A program made the position numbers and the translations under genes. The notes under the pieces were generated by a model. It had not been told where the DNA came from. It was given only the letters and a program-made list of their open reading frames with translations, and did not search any database. From the NCBI GenBank assembly GCA_010909165.1, contig MU008173.1, positions 682,001 through 746,000 of the forward strand: 64,000 nt of DNA, in the 5' to 3' direction. This document shows, in pieces, positions 1-11,874 of the stretch. Each line of letters starts with the position of its first letter. Position 1 is the first letter of the stretch. This DNA comes from Anthoceros angustus (Eukaryota > Plantae > Anthocerotophyta).

Positions 1-3000
1 AATGCAAGCAGAAGTGGAAGGAAGCAAGAATTGACGCCGTCTGGTCCCGTGCAGGGTGATGCCCAAGTGGGTGGTGTTCCACTCGGTCATGGTGACGGAA
101 CGGTACTACATGCGGGAAGTGAGCAGCATCGAGGCCGGGTGGTTGACAGAAATGGCTGCGCATTTTTTCCACATGCGAAAGCCCAAGCTGCAGCACTAAG
201 TGGAAAGCGTGCGGTGTGCGGTGTGCTGTGGTCCGGGTGCACGCGCACCTGTAGCCACGGTAGGCGGACAGGCAAGCAGCGGCTAGAGGGTCCATAGCTT
301 GCGTGCGGGCTATGATTGCCGGCTGTCATGACGTGTGTTCCAAATCTGTTTCCTCACCTACACAACATTCCGCAAGGGCGATGTGGTCGCTGGATCGCTA
401 GGTTTTTTTTGAATTGTCGAGCAGGCAGGCAGAAGTAGCATGACGTGGGTCCTGCAGGTTGTGTAGAGACCGAGAGGGAAGGGCGGTTGGTGCATGTGCC
501 AAGACATCGAGGCAAGTCCATTGCAGGCTGACGCGGCCGTTCCGTTTGAGGATAACATGGAGCTGCTTGAAATCGCCAGCTGGTGGCCGGGCCCCCGCCT
601 GGCTGGCTCCCTGGCACTGACCGCTCCCTGCGGCTTCTGTCGCTCATGAGACTGCATGCCGCTGCAGTGAAGTGAGATCCATCGTCCTCTTTGTCGCCTG
701 GGGAGGAGGTGGACGGAACGGGGAGGGGCGTGACATTGGGCTGTGGTGAGATTCATCTGGCTGGCCCCCCAACGACATCTGTGTGGGTAGCAGGGCACTG
801 GCCAATGCCGCTGCCGCTGCCGCTATTACTGCCGCTGCCGTTCTCATTTGTAGACTAGGTGTGTGGTGGCAGCTGGCCTGGCCCATTCCGGCCCGGCCTG
901 TGTTTGTGACGAAAGGTAATGATCCCTGTCCGAGGCAGTGCACGCCCTGGCCCCTGGCCCCTGGACCCTGGCCGGGTCCCGACTCCCTGCCTCGTCCCTC
1001 GGCGCACAGCAGTTCGGCCCCACACGGCCCACCTCGCATCCGATGTGTGCAGACTGCGCACTGCAGACGCACAGCACAGCATCGGCGACAGCGAGGTAAC
1101 GCAGTGCTTAGCTGTCGCCGGTGGTCGATGGCCGATGGCGATGGCGGCAGAGGCACAGGCACAGGCACAGGCAGCAGGCAGCAGGCCAGGACGGAACACC
1201 CAACCATGTTGCCACCGCTTCATTTTCCTTTCACGCTTCAAGTTGCGTCTGTCCACAGTAAGTTAAGTGTACCTACTTCCAACATACCGTGTACAGGGCG
1301 CGCTCTGCCAACTATACCGTGAACCGGGGGCGCTATACCTATACCTATACTCATACCTATACGTAAGAAAACAATTATACGAAATCTGGTGGGGCCGGCC
1401 CCGGCCTCGGCTCCCGGCGACGACAGCAACGGCGGTCATCACGTCAAGCCGGAAGGCCGGTGGCCGGTGCCGGTGCCGGTGCCGGGTCCGCGCGGGTGCC
1501 CGGCTGCACCATTAAATGCGCCCGGATGTCGTGGCTTCCCTTCGATTAAAGGGCGCGGGCACGGGCGCATCGAATCCACATTCCGGACCGCGGTCGGCTC
1601 CGCGGCGTACGGCCCGGCCGGCTATCGGGCTCGGCGGGATGGATCGATGGATGACGGATCTGGATCAGGATCAGGATCAAGATCAGCCGACCTTAGCCAG
1701 TTTAACTTAACGCCTGCTGCCTGCTGCCTGCTTTTGCTTTTCCACATCATTGTTTACTGGAATAATCTGGCACACAAATGATGCCATGTGCCTCGCCCTC
1801 CTCGCACCCTCGCACATGGGCAGCCTGGACATGGGCTCTTCGTAGCTACCTACCTGACGCAAGTCACGGAATGGGATGCAACTCTTGCTTTCCTGCTTAT
1901 CATTATTGGTGTGCAACTGTGGAACCCATCACATCCCTTCCTTTCTTTCCTCTACCCCTCTTCCATCGGTGTACATATGTACATGCACCAGCACATGAAG
2001 AAAGCAAAAGCAGCACTCCAAAAGCACAAAAAGTAAGTTTGGGGCTTTATTACTTCCATGCCTCTTTGAGTCAAGTGCATACTTGAACTCAAAAGATCGG
2101 CCTTTTGTTCATCCTTGAACTTCCAACTTCCAATATCATCATTTATGTTGATAACTATGTCCGACAAGGTGGCAGGAAGTGAGGCTTCCTCAATCTACAA
2201 TCAAAGGCTTGAGTGCTAGCATCGTTGGAATTTTGCAGACTTAAAAGACAATACTTTAGCTGCCGTAGTCTCTCTTTACTTGCCACATGTATATGTGATG
2301 AACATGTGGGATAGGAAATTCTTAAGTATGCACAGCAGTTTGCCATATGTATCCTCCACTCGACAGTAGTGTGCCTCTTACTTTTGGCTAGTCTGCTGTC
2401 CCTTCACTCAAATGTGCAGTCCTTCACGAATCCTTGAGGACCTGTACATAGGTTTGCATGATATGTGTGAACATATGTTGGCAAATTTGCAAGGCACGTG
2501 TTGTGTTTCAATAGTACCTTTCACATTGCACAGACCACGCGCTTTGAGAGGACAAGACCAACTACAGTACGTACATATATGTGCATATTGTGCAGAGGGG
2601 ATCCAGGTTACATACGGTACTGTGCGGAGGACAGGATCCTGTTGTGCAAACAAGATCCTACATGTCGTGTGTGGACACACGAGATCGACATCTTACAACG
2701 AAATCCTACGCGTTGTGCGGCTGAGACCATACATATAATTGTACAATGTGGACGACAATGAAACTAGCTGTATACGTACATCTTGTGTGGACGAGACCAA
2801 GTATTGTATGTACGCACAAACCTTTCTTCAGTTTAGATTAGATTCCTGTCGGGCCGCAACTCTTTGTTCTAGATATTTTCAACTTTATTTTCTTGTCCCT
2901 TGTTACACGAATGGAAAATGAGAATGGTGTGTGTGAGTTCACAACATCCTTACCACGTACATATTCTGTCAAAGGCCACATGGAATCCTACCTTATCTAG

Positions 3001-3559
3001 CCTACAATAGGAATCAAGCAAAACTCATCACACAATGGTCACATGGACTATTAAACCTTTGGAGTTTCATGATACCTTTGGAGTTTCATGATAGATTCTC
3101 ATCTTCAAGATCATATTAATTAATGCCTACTTTAATCCCATAAAAGGCCCCGAGACACTCGAAACATGGAACTCGATGAAAAGCCCTTGGTGTACAAGGA
3201 GCCGTATACACAAGACATGGCCAACAACAACCTTCCTGGGAAGTTGGGACTTGAAGGGATGAGGTATGAGTTCATTTCCACGTTTGTCCCCTTCTTGTTG
3301 TTTAATTGAATGGAGGAGGTCCAGGAGGAAAAATCTGGAACACGGCGGTGTGTCCTTTCCCCCATTTCAAAATTGGAATCGAGGAGGCAGTGCAGCCGTA
3401 GCCGCAGCCGCTGCCGCTGCCGCGGCCGCGGCCGCAGCGATATTTTGTTGGTTGGATAAAACGGTGGAGGACAAAACATTTGTGCAAGTAGCGGCGTGCA
3501 GGGCGATGCGAGGGGTCCAGGGGAGCGGCCCGCGCGGACAACGACATGCTGCCCTCCAG

Positions 3560-3630
3560 CTAGCGGGGCGGAGCGGGGCGGGGCGGAGCGGGAAGGGCAA
3601 GGAAGGGAAGGGAAGGGAAGGGAAGGGGTA
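3560..3630. repeat. G-rich/(GGAAG)n microsatellite tract
   Basis: gcggggcggagcggggcggggcggagcggg followed by (gaagg)n, seen directly. It lies in a 5-kb GC-rich, microsatellite-rich intergenic region upstream of the DREPP gene. Confidence 0.8.
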
Positions 3631-5438
3631 GGTGTCGCCTGGCCTGACACCTTGCATTATTTTAAGAGATTTTTCACTTGGCGAAGTCACCCGCGGCCGC
3701 GGCTTCGGCCCTGACCCGCTTTTTCACCTTTCCAGCCTTGCCCGCGGCTCGTCCTCGTCTATTGTCACACGTACACCAGACACAAGCGCAGTGTGCAGTG
3801 TGCAGTGTGCAGAGTGCAGCGCGCAGTGCGCAGAGCAGGCCTGGCCGCAAGCACGTACAGCAGAGCAGCGACGCTCCACCCACCCCATGTTCCCCCGTTC
3901 CCTCCTTCCCTCCTTCCCTCCTTCCCTCCTTTTCTTTTCCCTTGTTACTTCGCTTCACCGCGCTTTTACTTTACCCCACCCGGTGCCGTTGCTTCAGGTG
4001 AAAAAGCCAAAGCCTGCCCTCGGGTTACCAGCAGCCAGGCAGGCCAGGCCAGGCCAGGCCATGCCAGGCCAGGCCAGGCCAAGCCGCAGGCGGTAAATGC
4101 CAGATCCGGAATCTGGATCTGGCTGGCTGCAGGGCTGCGGAGCCGCAGCCCGCAGCGGCGGGCGTGGTATGCGTATGTATGCTGCACTACGCATACGCAA
4201 GGAGTTTAAAAATGTTTGACTTGAGGGCAAGGTGAAAACGGCCGCTTCCCCTGGCGCCAAGTGAAAGCTGTCATACGCGCGGACTGGGGACTGGACTCAT
4301 CACTGGAGTCCTGGAGTCCGGACTGGAGCCTCATGAGGCAGAAATAAAACAAAAATAAAAAGGTGTGGGGGCACACCTTCTCTCTCATCACATCAAATCG
4401 CACACTCTCTCTCTTCCCCGAAGGCCGGGGGCCAGCAAGCAGCGAGCAGCGGCGGCGAGAGGGCAGTGCAAGGTGCAGTGCCAGTGCGACTGCGAGAGCT
4501 AAGCCGAGCTCCTCTCCTCCTGTTGCTCCGCTCAGCTCGGGTGCCATCTCCCATTCCATCTGGATTCCGCGCGGGTCGGCTGCCGCGCACTCCATCCCGC
4601 ATCTCTGCCTTTGAAGTGGCCTTGCACTGCCACGGTCGGCCTCCCTCGCCGACTGCCTACTGCCTACCGCCTTTGCCCGCACAGCTGCAGCTGCAGCTGC
4701 GCAGCCAGGTGCAAGGTGGCTTGGCTAGCTGGCGCGCCCCCTTCTCCCGCTGCCCTCCTTGCTCACGCCAACGCACTCGGCCCCACTGCTCTCACGATCG
4801 CCTCTCTCCCCTCTCTTATCACTCTCCTGTTTGTTTCCCATTCCCCGCGCCCGCGCCTGCAGGAGCACACAGTCCGCTCCCTTTCCCTCCCCCTCTCCTG
4901 GCTACTAGCGCTTCCCCCCTTCCTCCCTCGATTCACTAATTGGTCCAAATTCCGGGAGAGGCAAGCGGCAAGCGGCCGGCGGCAATCGGATCTCTCCCTC
5001 CCTCCCTCCTGCCGCGCCTCCACTCCTCCAGTCGGCGCTGCACTGCACCACCTCCAGCCAGGTGAGTTGAGATAGTGCGTGCGTGCCGCTCCTGCTCCTG
5101 TCCCAGGACGTGGCTTGTTGCCTCTTGCCTTCTGCTGTGCATGTCCGTGCCAGATCGCCCCTGTTTTTTCCCCGCTTTAGCTCAGCGCCTGCGTCCGCCG
5201 CTCCTACTTTGTCAATTGGCAGCAGCTGGCCACGCCACTCCCGCCTCCCGCCCTCCCGCCTCCAGCTACTGGAAGGAAGCGAGGAAGAGGAAGCGAGGAA
5301 TTCATCACTCCGGGCCTCACGTCTCTCTTCCCTTTTTCTTTTCGGCTTTGTCTTCTGCAGATTGCGCCGCGCCTCTCCTCCCCCCCCTTCCCCCCTCCGC
5401 TCCGCGCACAGCGGTCTGCTTGAGCGCCACCTTCTGCA

Positions 5439-6469
5439 ATGGCTGCCATTTGGAAGACCAAGGTGCTGCCCAAGATTAAGAAGATCTTCTCCACCGACAA
5501 GAAGAAAGCTCTCATCCAGACCAAGCTCTTCGAGAAGGAGAAGGTATAGATCTCGTCCTTCCCCACGCCCTCCTATGCTGTTTCTGCGGCCAGTCTGGCT
5601 GCCCGTTCCTTTTCTTTTTTTTTCCCTCCTCATTCGTCGTCTCATGCCACCGCCTGCAGGGAGGTATCGACACCGAGGTCGAAGAGAAGAAGCCGGAGCT
5701 TCAGCCCAAGCTCCTGGAGCTCTTCGAGGCAGCTGACCCCGAGACCAAGGTAACGTCTTCCCTCCCTGCTCGACTACCTCTGCTCTCACACCTCCATCTC
5801 CGCTCATTCAGCGTCCCAGAGCTCATTTGTTTCGTCTGGGATGGGATCTGTTGTGCCACCTGCAGGCGCTGCTGCAGTCGCCGACGGAAGCCGCTGTGAA
5901 AGAGAAGGCCGAGGCAACAGCCAAGCTCCTCAAGGATCTCGCAGAGAAAGGTAGTCATTCATTCCTGTACCTGTGGCGCCCCGTCCCTTCCCACCGGCTT
6001 AGGATTGCCTTCAACTTTGCTGCAGATCTGACAAGTGAACGGCTGTGCTGCAGGATTCCCCGGAGCTCAGCTGCTGAGTGATGCGGTGGCCAAGGTGGGC
6101 GTAGCATCTCTGGCCGGGCCGATCACGTGGCTGCTGCAGAAGGTGAGCACATTCCTGCCGCCGGCGCCCACCCCTCCTCCCGCGGCCAGCAAGGAGATTG
6201 AAGTACCTGCCTCCACCGAGAAGCCCGAGGAGGTGGCTGCCGTGACTGCTGCCACCCAGGAGGTCATTGCGAGCACCACAGCGCCGGAGGTTGTCCCTGA
6301 AGCTCCCAAGGCCCCAGAGCCTGCTGCCGCCACCCCGGACCCGACGCCGGCACCAACTCCAGCATCGGAAGCACCCGCCGCCCCGGCCCCGGCGCCAGCA
6401 GATCCCACCCCAGCTCCGGCCCCGGCTGCCGCCGCGCCGCCGGCTCCGACTCCCGCTCCGGCACCTTGA
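5439..6469 (+). CDS. PCaP1: DREPP / plasma-membrane-associated cation-binding protein (PCaP1-like), 4 coding exons: 5439-5543, 5660-5749, 5866-5950, 6054-6469
   Basis: Spliced translation MAAIWKTKVLPKIKKIF...FEKEK|GGIDTEVEEKKPELQPKLLELFE...|ALLQSPTEAAVKE...LAEK|GFPGAQLLSDAVAKVG...AGPITWLLQKVSTFLP, then a Pro/Ala/Glu tail. This matches DREPP motifs (W-x-x-KV-x-PK-x-KK-x-F, EEKK-x-ELQPK, FPG...GP-x-T-x-x-x-x-KVS-x-FLP). All introns are GT-AG with consistent phases. A probable 5'UTR intron lies at about 5062-5360. Confidence 0.9.
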
Positions 6470-7614
6470 TCTTGTCTCTGGCCGTCTCCGCCATCTGCCG
6501 GTCCTCAGGAGCTCCCAATCTGTGAGGAAGAAAACATGGAGGAGAAGGAAGTACGCCTTGCTTGGCAGCGCAGCTTGGGTGGATGGATGGAAGGATATGT
6601 GTAAGGGAATTCATAGCCCACGACTACCTGCCTCCCCGGTGGAGCTCCTGGGGAGGGAGTTTGTGGTTGTGGAATCATGTCTTCATGAATGACCTTGTCG
6701 CTTGCTTGCTGCTGCTGCTGCTGCATGGCTTAGCTGAGATTTAAGGACTCATCCGTATCCCAGCTGCCTGTAACTGTATGTCGTCTGTGTTACCGTCCGT
6801 CTGCTGCCTGCTAGCACTGCTTAGCCTCGCCCTGCTGCTCTCGTTTGTGTTTACGTAGTAATCGTGTGCTGTGTCTGTGTGTCTCCGTGCATACATGGCA
6901 TCTAGCCTTAGCCCGATGAATGTGCATAAGACCAAGGATTACCGAGGCCAGCAGAGCAGGCAGCCTTGCCTGGCTTGCCAACTGTTAGAATTCATAAGGG
7001 GTGTGAAGCTAGCTAAACACATACCTCGCGTACTACCATAGTGAGTATGATTCTTGGGCGTCTTCAGATGCCGTAGGACCCGTATTTTTTTCTCACTTCA
7101 AACACCTAGACCATTTTTTTTTGTTACAAGCATTTGATGCCGCACATATGCCAAGGCCTTTCCGGCAATGCCACCATTACTGTCGGAATCCGCGTTCCTG
7201 CCCCGGCTGCTCTGCTGGCCGAACTGTGGTTATCACAGCCCCTTCTATCGGGCTGGCAGACAAGAAAAATATGACTTCTCACCTTCTGCATGCCTCCTGC
7301 ACCCGGTGTCCGACCTCCGGCATTCTACCTGAGCGACAAAGCACGCCCACCCGGTCGGTGTACTGGAAATTGGAATTCCAAGGCAATTGGAACTTGCAAG
7401 CGTGAGCTCTGAGTTTAACCCAGCCTTACACCCCTGGTTCGTCTGAACTTGACTGCACGCCTAGCTGTTGATGGAAGGTACTTTGCTCGCTGCCAAATTA
7501 TGGTTGCTCTGTCCTCGTAAGAACAGCTTGCCTTCGCAGCAGAGAACTAGTGCCGAAAGTACAACAACAAGCTGTATCCATGCAGTAGCTTGACCAGCCA
7601 GATCCTGCGGAGCT

Positions 7615-9300
7615 GTGAGAATGACGGCGCCGCCTATGGGAGATGGATTAGGGTTGTCAGCCATGGGATCGGCCAGGACTCGGCACAGCATATCGGGGAG
7701 CTTGCTTGGGGGCACAAGAGACCGCCCGCCGTCTCCTCAAAGCACCACTCGTCCTACTTCTTCTCGAAGCAACTGCAGCATAAGGCCGAGCACCCCCGGA
7801 GGAAGCCTTGCACTACATCCAGAGGTCAAGGTACAAAGCAGGCCGGTAACTCAGCAAGGCATGGTGAGCATTCGCCCCGCGGTGCAAGGTCCTGGTAGAC
7901 AGATCATGGACAAGTCGTACTATTTGGCCAAATTGAGGAGCAAGAAGCAAGAGCTTCAATCAGAGATCGATCTCATGACAGAAGAAATTGACCGGTTTCA
8001 AAAACGTGCTCCTGGATTCGCTCAGCTGCAACAGAAGCAAGATGTATTGCAGCAGGAAGTGATGGCATTGAAGGCACAAATTCGTGACTATAACATGGCA
8101 TTGGAGAAGATAGAATCAGGAATGGAGGTCAGTGAGATAGAGGATGCAGCTAGAGGATTGCAAGCAAGCAATGATCTAAGGAGAGGAAAGTTAGAGCAGT
8201 TGTTTGCCAAAAGGACTTCCGAGGAAGAAGAGGCAAGACGTGTCACAGAGAAAGTGAAACTGCTGGAGGCGGACCTCCAAGGACGATTCAGCCGAGAGTC
8301 CCTCGAAACAAGAGAATATTTCAAGGATATGGAAGCCGAGAAATCAAAACTCGCAAATGAAGTTGAACAACTCGAGGCTGAACTTGAGGAATTGAATGCC
8401 TGTCTTGAAAACCAAGCTACCAAATGTCCCTTGATGAATCCCGACATAGCGCCGCCGAGTAGCCAGTTAGATGCTAGGGAAGCTTTGTTGAACAAGATAA
8501 GACAACAGAACGCAGAAATCGCAGAAGTCGAGGGTCACTGCAAAGCGGTGGATATAGAGATCAAGATGCTTCAAGATAAAATCGTTGAAGCGAACAAGAG
8601 CCTGTATGATATGAGAGGAGGTAAAGCAGAGAAATTTATTGAAATGCAACATAAAGAGAAAATTATGCAAGAATTCATTGATAACTATGACTTGGTGAGA
8701 CAAAATAAAGAGAATGAAACTGCACAAATACAGCAGCAGATACTTGCATGTTTGGAACAAATTACTTGTAACATAAACCTCAATGACCAATTTGGTGCGG
8801 GTTCTGAGCTCATGCTACAAAGCCCGAAGGATTTGCAATCAAAATTGAACCAACAAAGATTAGAACTTCAACAACTTGAAGAGTTAGAAAGCAATATTGA
8901 TGGTGAAACTTTGGAAATAAAGAAAAATATTCAAACAATCCAACATGATTTGGAAAGTTCAAAACAATCAAATTCTCAAAGTCAACAAGATGTAAAACTT
9001 TTGAATCTTGAAGTTGAGAAGAGGACATTAGAAGAACAAAGAAGACTTGTACAATTACAAATTCAGGAACAAAAAGAAAAAATTAACCTCATGAAAAAGA
9101 AACTAAGTAGTAGTAAGGAAATAAGTACAAGTTTGGAAGATTTGAATAAAAGAATTGTAATTCTTGAAGAAACTAACAGTAGAGTAAAAGAAGAAGTAGA
9201 ACATAAAGAGCGCCAAAATAGCTACAAACCAATTGTTGAAAATCTTAGGTTTATGGTAGGAAGATTGAATGATGTGATAAAAATGACTATCATATCTTAG
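7615..9300 (+). CDS. IFT74: Intraflagellar transport protein 74 (IFT-B), single exon, 561 aa
   Basis: Basic low-complexity N-terminus, the signature RPVTQQGM...GPGRQIMDKSYYLAKLRSK, a long coiled coil, and C-terminal SYKPIVENL. Uninterrupted ORF. Confidence 0.85.
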   Translation: MRMTAPPMGDGLGLSAMGSARTRHSISGSLLGGTRDRPPSPQSTTRPTSSRSNCSIRPSTPGGSLALHPEVKVQSRPVTQQGMVSIRPAVQGPGRQIMDKSYYLAKLRSKKQELQSEIDLMTEEIDRFQKRAPGFAQLQQKQDVLQQEVMALKAQIRDYNMALEKIESGMEVSEIEDAARGLQASNDLRRGKLEQLFAKRTSEEEEARRVTEKVKLLEADLQGRFSRESLETREYFKDMEAEKSKLANEVEQLEAELEELNACLENQATKCPLMNPDIAPPSSQLDAREALLNKIRQQNAEIAEVEGHCKAVDIEIKMLQDKIVEANKSLYDMRGGKAEKFIEMQHKEKIMQEFIDNYDLVRQNKENETAQIQQQILACLEQITCNINLNDQFGAGSELMLQSPKDLQSKLNQQRLELQQLEELESNIDGETLEIKKNIQTIQHDLESSKQSNSQSQQDVKLLNLEVEKRTLEEQRRLVQLQIQEQKEKINLMKKKLSSSKEISTSLEDLNKRIVILEETNSRVKEEVEHKERQNSYKPIVENLRFMVGRLNDVIKMTIIS

Positions 9301-9454
9301 AATAAATTGAAAAAAGACTACCATTTTGATTATTTGAAAAAAAACTAAATAGGTACCTAAAGATACTCCGTTCTTTTTTGCGGATAGGTAACTTGAAAAA
9401 TTTAGATGGTCCAACGATCTCTTGACCTCCTGCTTTGTGTCATTTTAACTTGAA

Positions 9455-10321
9455 AAGCGAACAAGAGCCTGTATGATATGAGAGGAGGTAAAGCAGAGAA
9501 ATTTATTGAAATGCAACATAAAGAGAAAATTATGCAAGAATTCATTGATAACTATGACTTGGTGAGACAAAATAAAGAGAATGAAACTGCACAAATACAG
9601 CAGCAGATACTTGCATGTTTGGAACAAATTACTTGTAACATAAACCTCAATGACCAATTTGGTGCGGGTTCTGAGCTCATGCTACAAAGCCCGAAGGATT
9701 TGCAATCAAAATTGAACCAACAAAGATTAGAACTTCAACAACTTGAAGAGTTAGAAAGCAATATTGATGGTGAAACTTTGGAAATAAAGAAAAATATTCA
9801 AACAATCCAACATGATTTGGAAAGTTCAAAACAATCAAATTCTCAAAGTCAACAAGATGTAAAACTTTTGAATCTTGAAGTTGAGAAGAGGACATTAGAA
9901 GAACAAAGAAGACTTGTACAATTACAAATTCAGAACAAAAGAAAAAATTAACCTCATGAAAAAGAAACTAAGTAGTAGTAAGGAAATAAGTACAAGTTTG
10001 GAAGATTTGAATAAAAGAATTGTAATTCTTGAAGAAACTAACAGTAGAGTAAAAGAAGAAGTAGAACATAAAGAAAATAGCTACAAACCAATTGTTGAAA
10101 ATCTTAGGTTTATGGTAGGAAGATTGAATGATGTGATAAAAATGACTATCATATCTTAGAATAAATTGAAAAAAGACTACCATTTTGATTATTTGAAAAA
10201 AAACTAAATAGGTACCTAAAGATACTCCGTTCTTTTTTGCGGATAGGTAACTTGAAAAATTTAGATGGTCCAACGTATCTCTTGACCTCCTGCTGTTTCG
10301 CGGTCATTTTAACTTGAAAAG
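9455..10321 (+). repeat. Tandem duplicate (~867 bp) of the IFT74 3' half plus 3' flank (copy of 8588-9454), frameshifted
   Basis: Near-identical to 8588-9454 except for small indels (cagaacaaaa vs caggaacaaaaa; aaagaaaatagc vs aaagagcgccaaaatagc). The junction sits at ttgaa(a)agcg microhomology. Confidence 0.9.
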
Positions 10322-10686
10322 CGGAACACTTGTGTCCTTTGAAAGCTTTGACTCTGAAGAGACTTTGCTTCACTTGAGCATTAGAATTCCAGCAAGCCAT
10401 AAGCCCACTCACATTTCAAGCACAAAATGCTGGAAGTGGAATTAACTTGAAATTGAGAATATGTTTGTTTATTCAGTACATAGTTATTAGAACATGGCAG
10501 CACAATCACAATCAAGATTTTTTTTCACTTGAAAATTCTAGAAAAACATCAAAAGCATTAGAAAAGCAGGCATAGTTCTTAAAGCACAATTGAATGAAAG
10601 TTGAATTAACTACAAATTGAGGCTATGTTTTCTAAATCAATATAAATTGCTTGTAACTATGGCTGAACAATTAGAGCACTCAGAAT

Positions 10687-11874
10687 ATGAAGAGTACGAA
10701 AGCATTGATTTTTTTCGCTTGTCTCACTTGTAAATTTCTGAAAATTGTTGAGAAAACCTCAACATTTTCATATAAAACTTGTAGAGCTAGCAAATTATTA
10801 ATTAAACATTCACACTCAATCAGGCTGACTCCAAAATCAAGCTCAAAAAGAGCTAGTGGGTGGTACACAAGAGCCGAAGTATCTGGGCATTATACCATGT
10901 CTGATTTGTGGGTAATTGTTAATGGGACAGTATTTGACGTTTCACCCCTTATGACCACAAGCCCACCTTCATTAATTGAGGTTCGATTTGCACAGCAAAA
11001 AAAATGATCCGTACGAAACATGTTTCAATTTAATATTACCACATGAGACTTCAATTTGTGAGGAGTGTGTTCTAATTTCTTCATGTTTATTGATGTAGCC
11101 ATTAATTCTGGAGGCAGGGGGTGATATAAGCAAATGGTTTGATTGTGACAGTGATGAGCTAATCCCGTATAACAATCCAGTGACAGGCAAAGAATCCTTT
11201 GCTAGATGTTCAGAAGTTATGACTGTTGTTGATCCTGATATGTGTATGGAATGGTATTACACTCCAGAGGTAATTTTAAGATGATAATTCTACAAAAGAG
11301 TACTTTCATAAAGTCTTTTTTGAGCTCCATAACTTTGCGTGTCTAACCTCACATTCGTATAGTAGGGTAGATTTATCCATGTTGGACCTCCTAGCCCGCG
11401 CTCTGACTGGGATATGAGCTTTGAGGCTCCTTGGTGGAAGGATGCCAAATATATTATAGGACAAGTATCAAAGCACACTCGTTTAATTCGAGTGAAAAAT
11501 GTTTTGATAGACCAAGAATTCTTATTAGAGGTAAAGTTTTTAGAGAGAACCCCTCATAATCAAAATAACATAAAAATATTTATTAAATATATGTATTAAC
11601 TAAAACTAAAATACCATAGGTACCATGTGAGGAAACTATTGGAGAAATTCTTGTAAGATATATTGATATAAATGAGAATGTAGCGCATTATACTTGGAAA
11701 GCAAATTGCACGACTACTGATGGAACCTTTATAAAAGTCGATTACGATAAAACCTTGGAAGAAAATGGAATACCAGATGAGAGACCTGAATTTGAATCCT
11801 TGGAGATGGGTGTTTTATATCACATACCTTGTCTTCACATATATTTTGAAGATGAGGGTGAGTTTGTTGAGTGA
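10687..11874 (+). CDS. CYB5D1: Cytochrome b5 domain-containing protein 1 (flagellar/radial-spoke type); exons 10687(start uncertain)-10980, 11099-11269, 11366-11530, 11620-11874
   Basis: Spliced product ...WYTRAEVSGHYTMSDLWVIVNGTVFDVSPL...|PLILEAGGDISKWF...|GRFIHVGPPSPRSDW...PWWKD...IGQVSKHTRLIRVKNVL...|VPCEETIGEIL.RY...HYTWK...KTLEENGIPDE...LHIYFED. All three introns are phase 0 GT-AG. The motif order matches CYB5D1. An alternative ATG at 10659 would join the frame if one T of the 10709-10715 run is an error. Confidence 0.85.

Noticed and set aside
31-5075. Many 60-190 aa ORFs on both strands
   Set aside because: They derive from GC-rich microsatellites and low-complexity DNA, overlap on both strands, and show no domain motifs or consistent splice structure.
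9478-10159. Second functional IFT74-like gene
   Set aside because: It is a frameshifted partial copy of 8588-9454 with no N-terminus or promoter.
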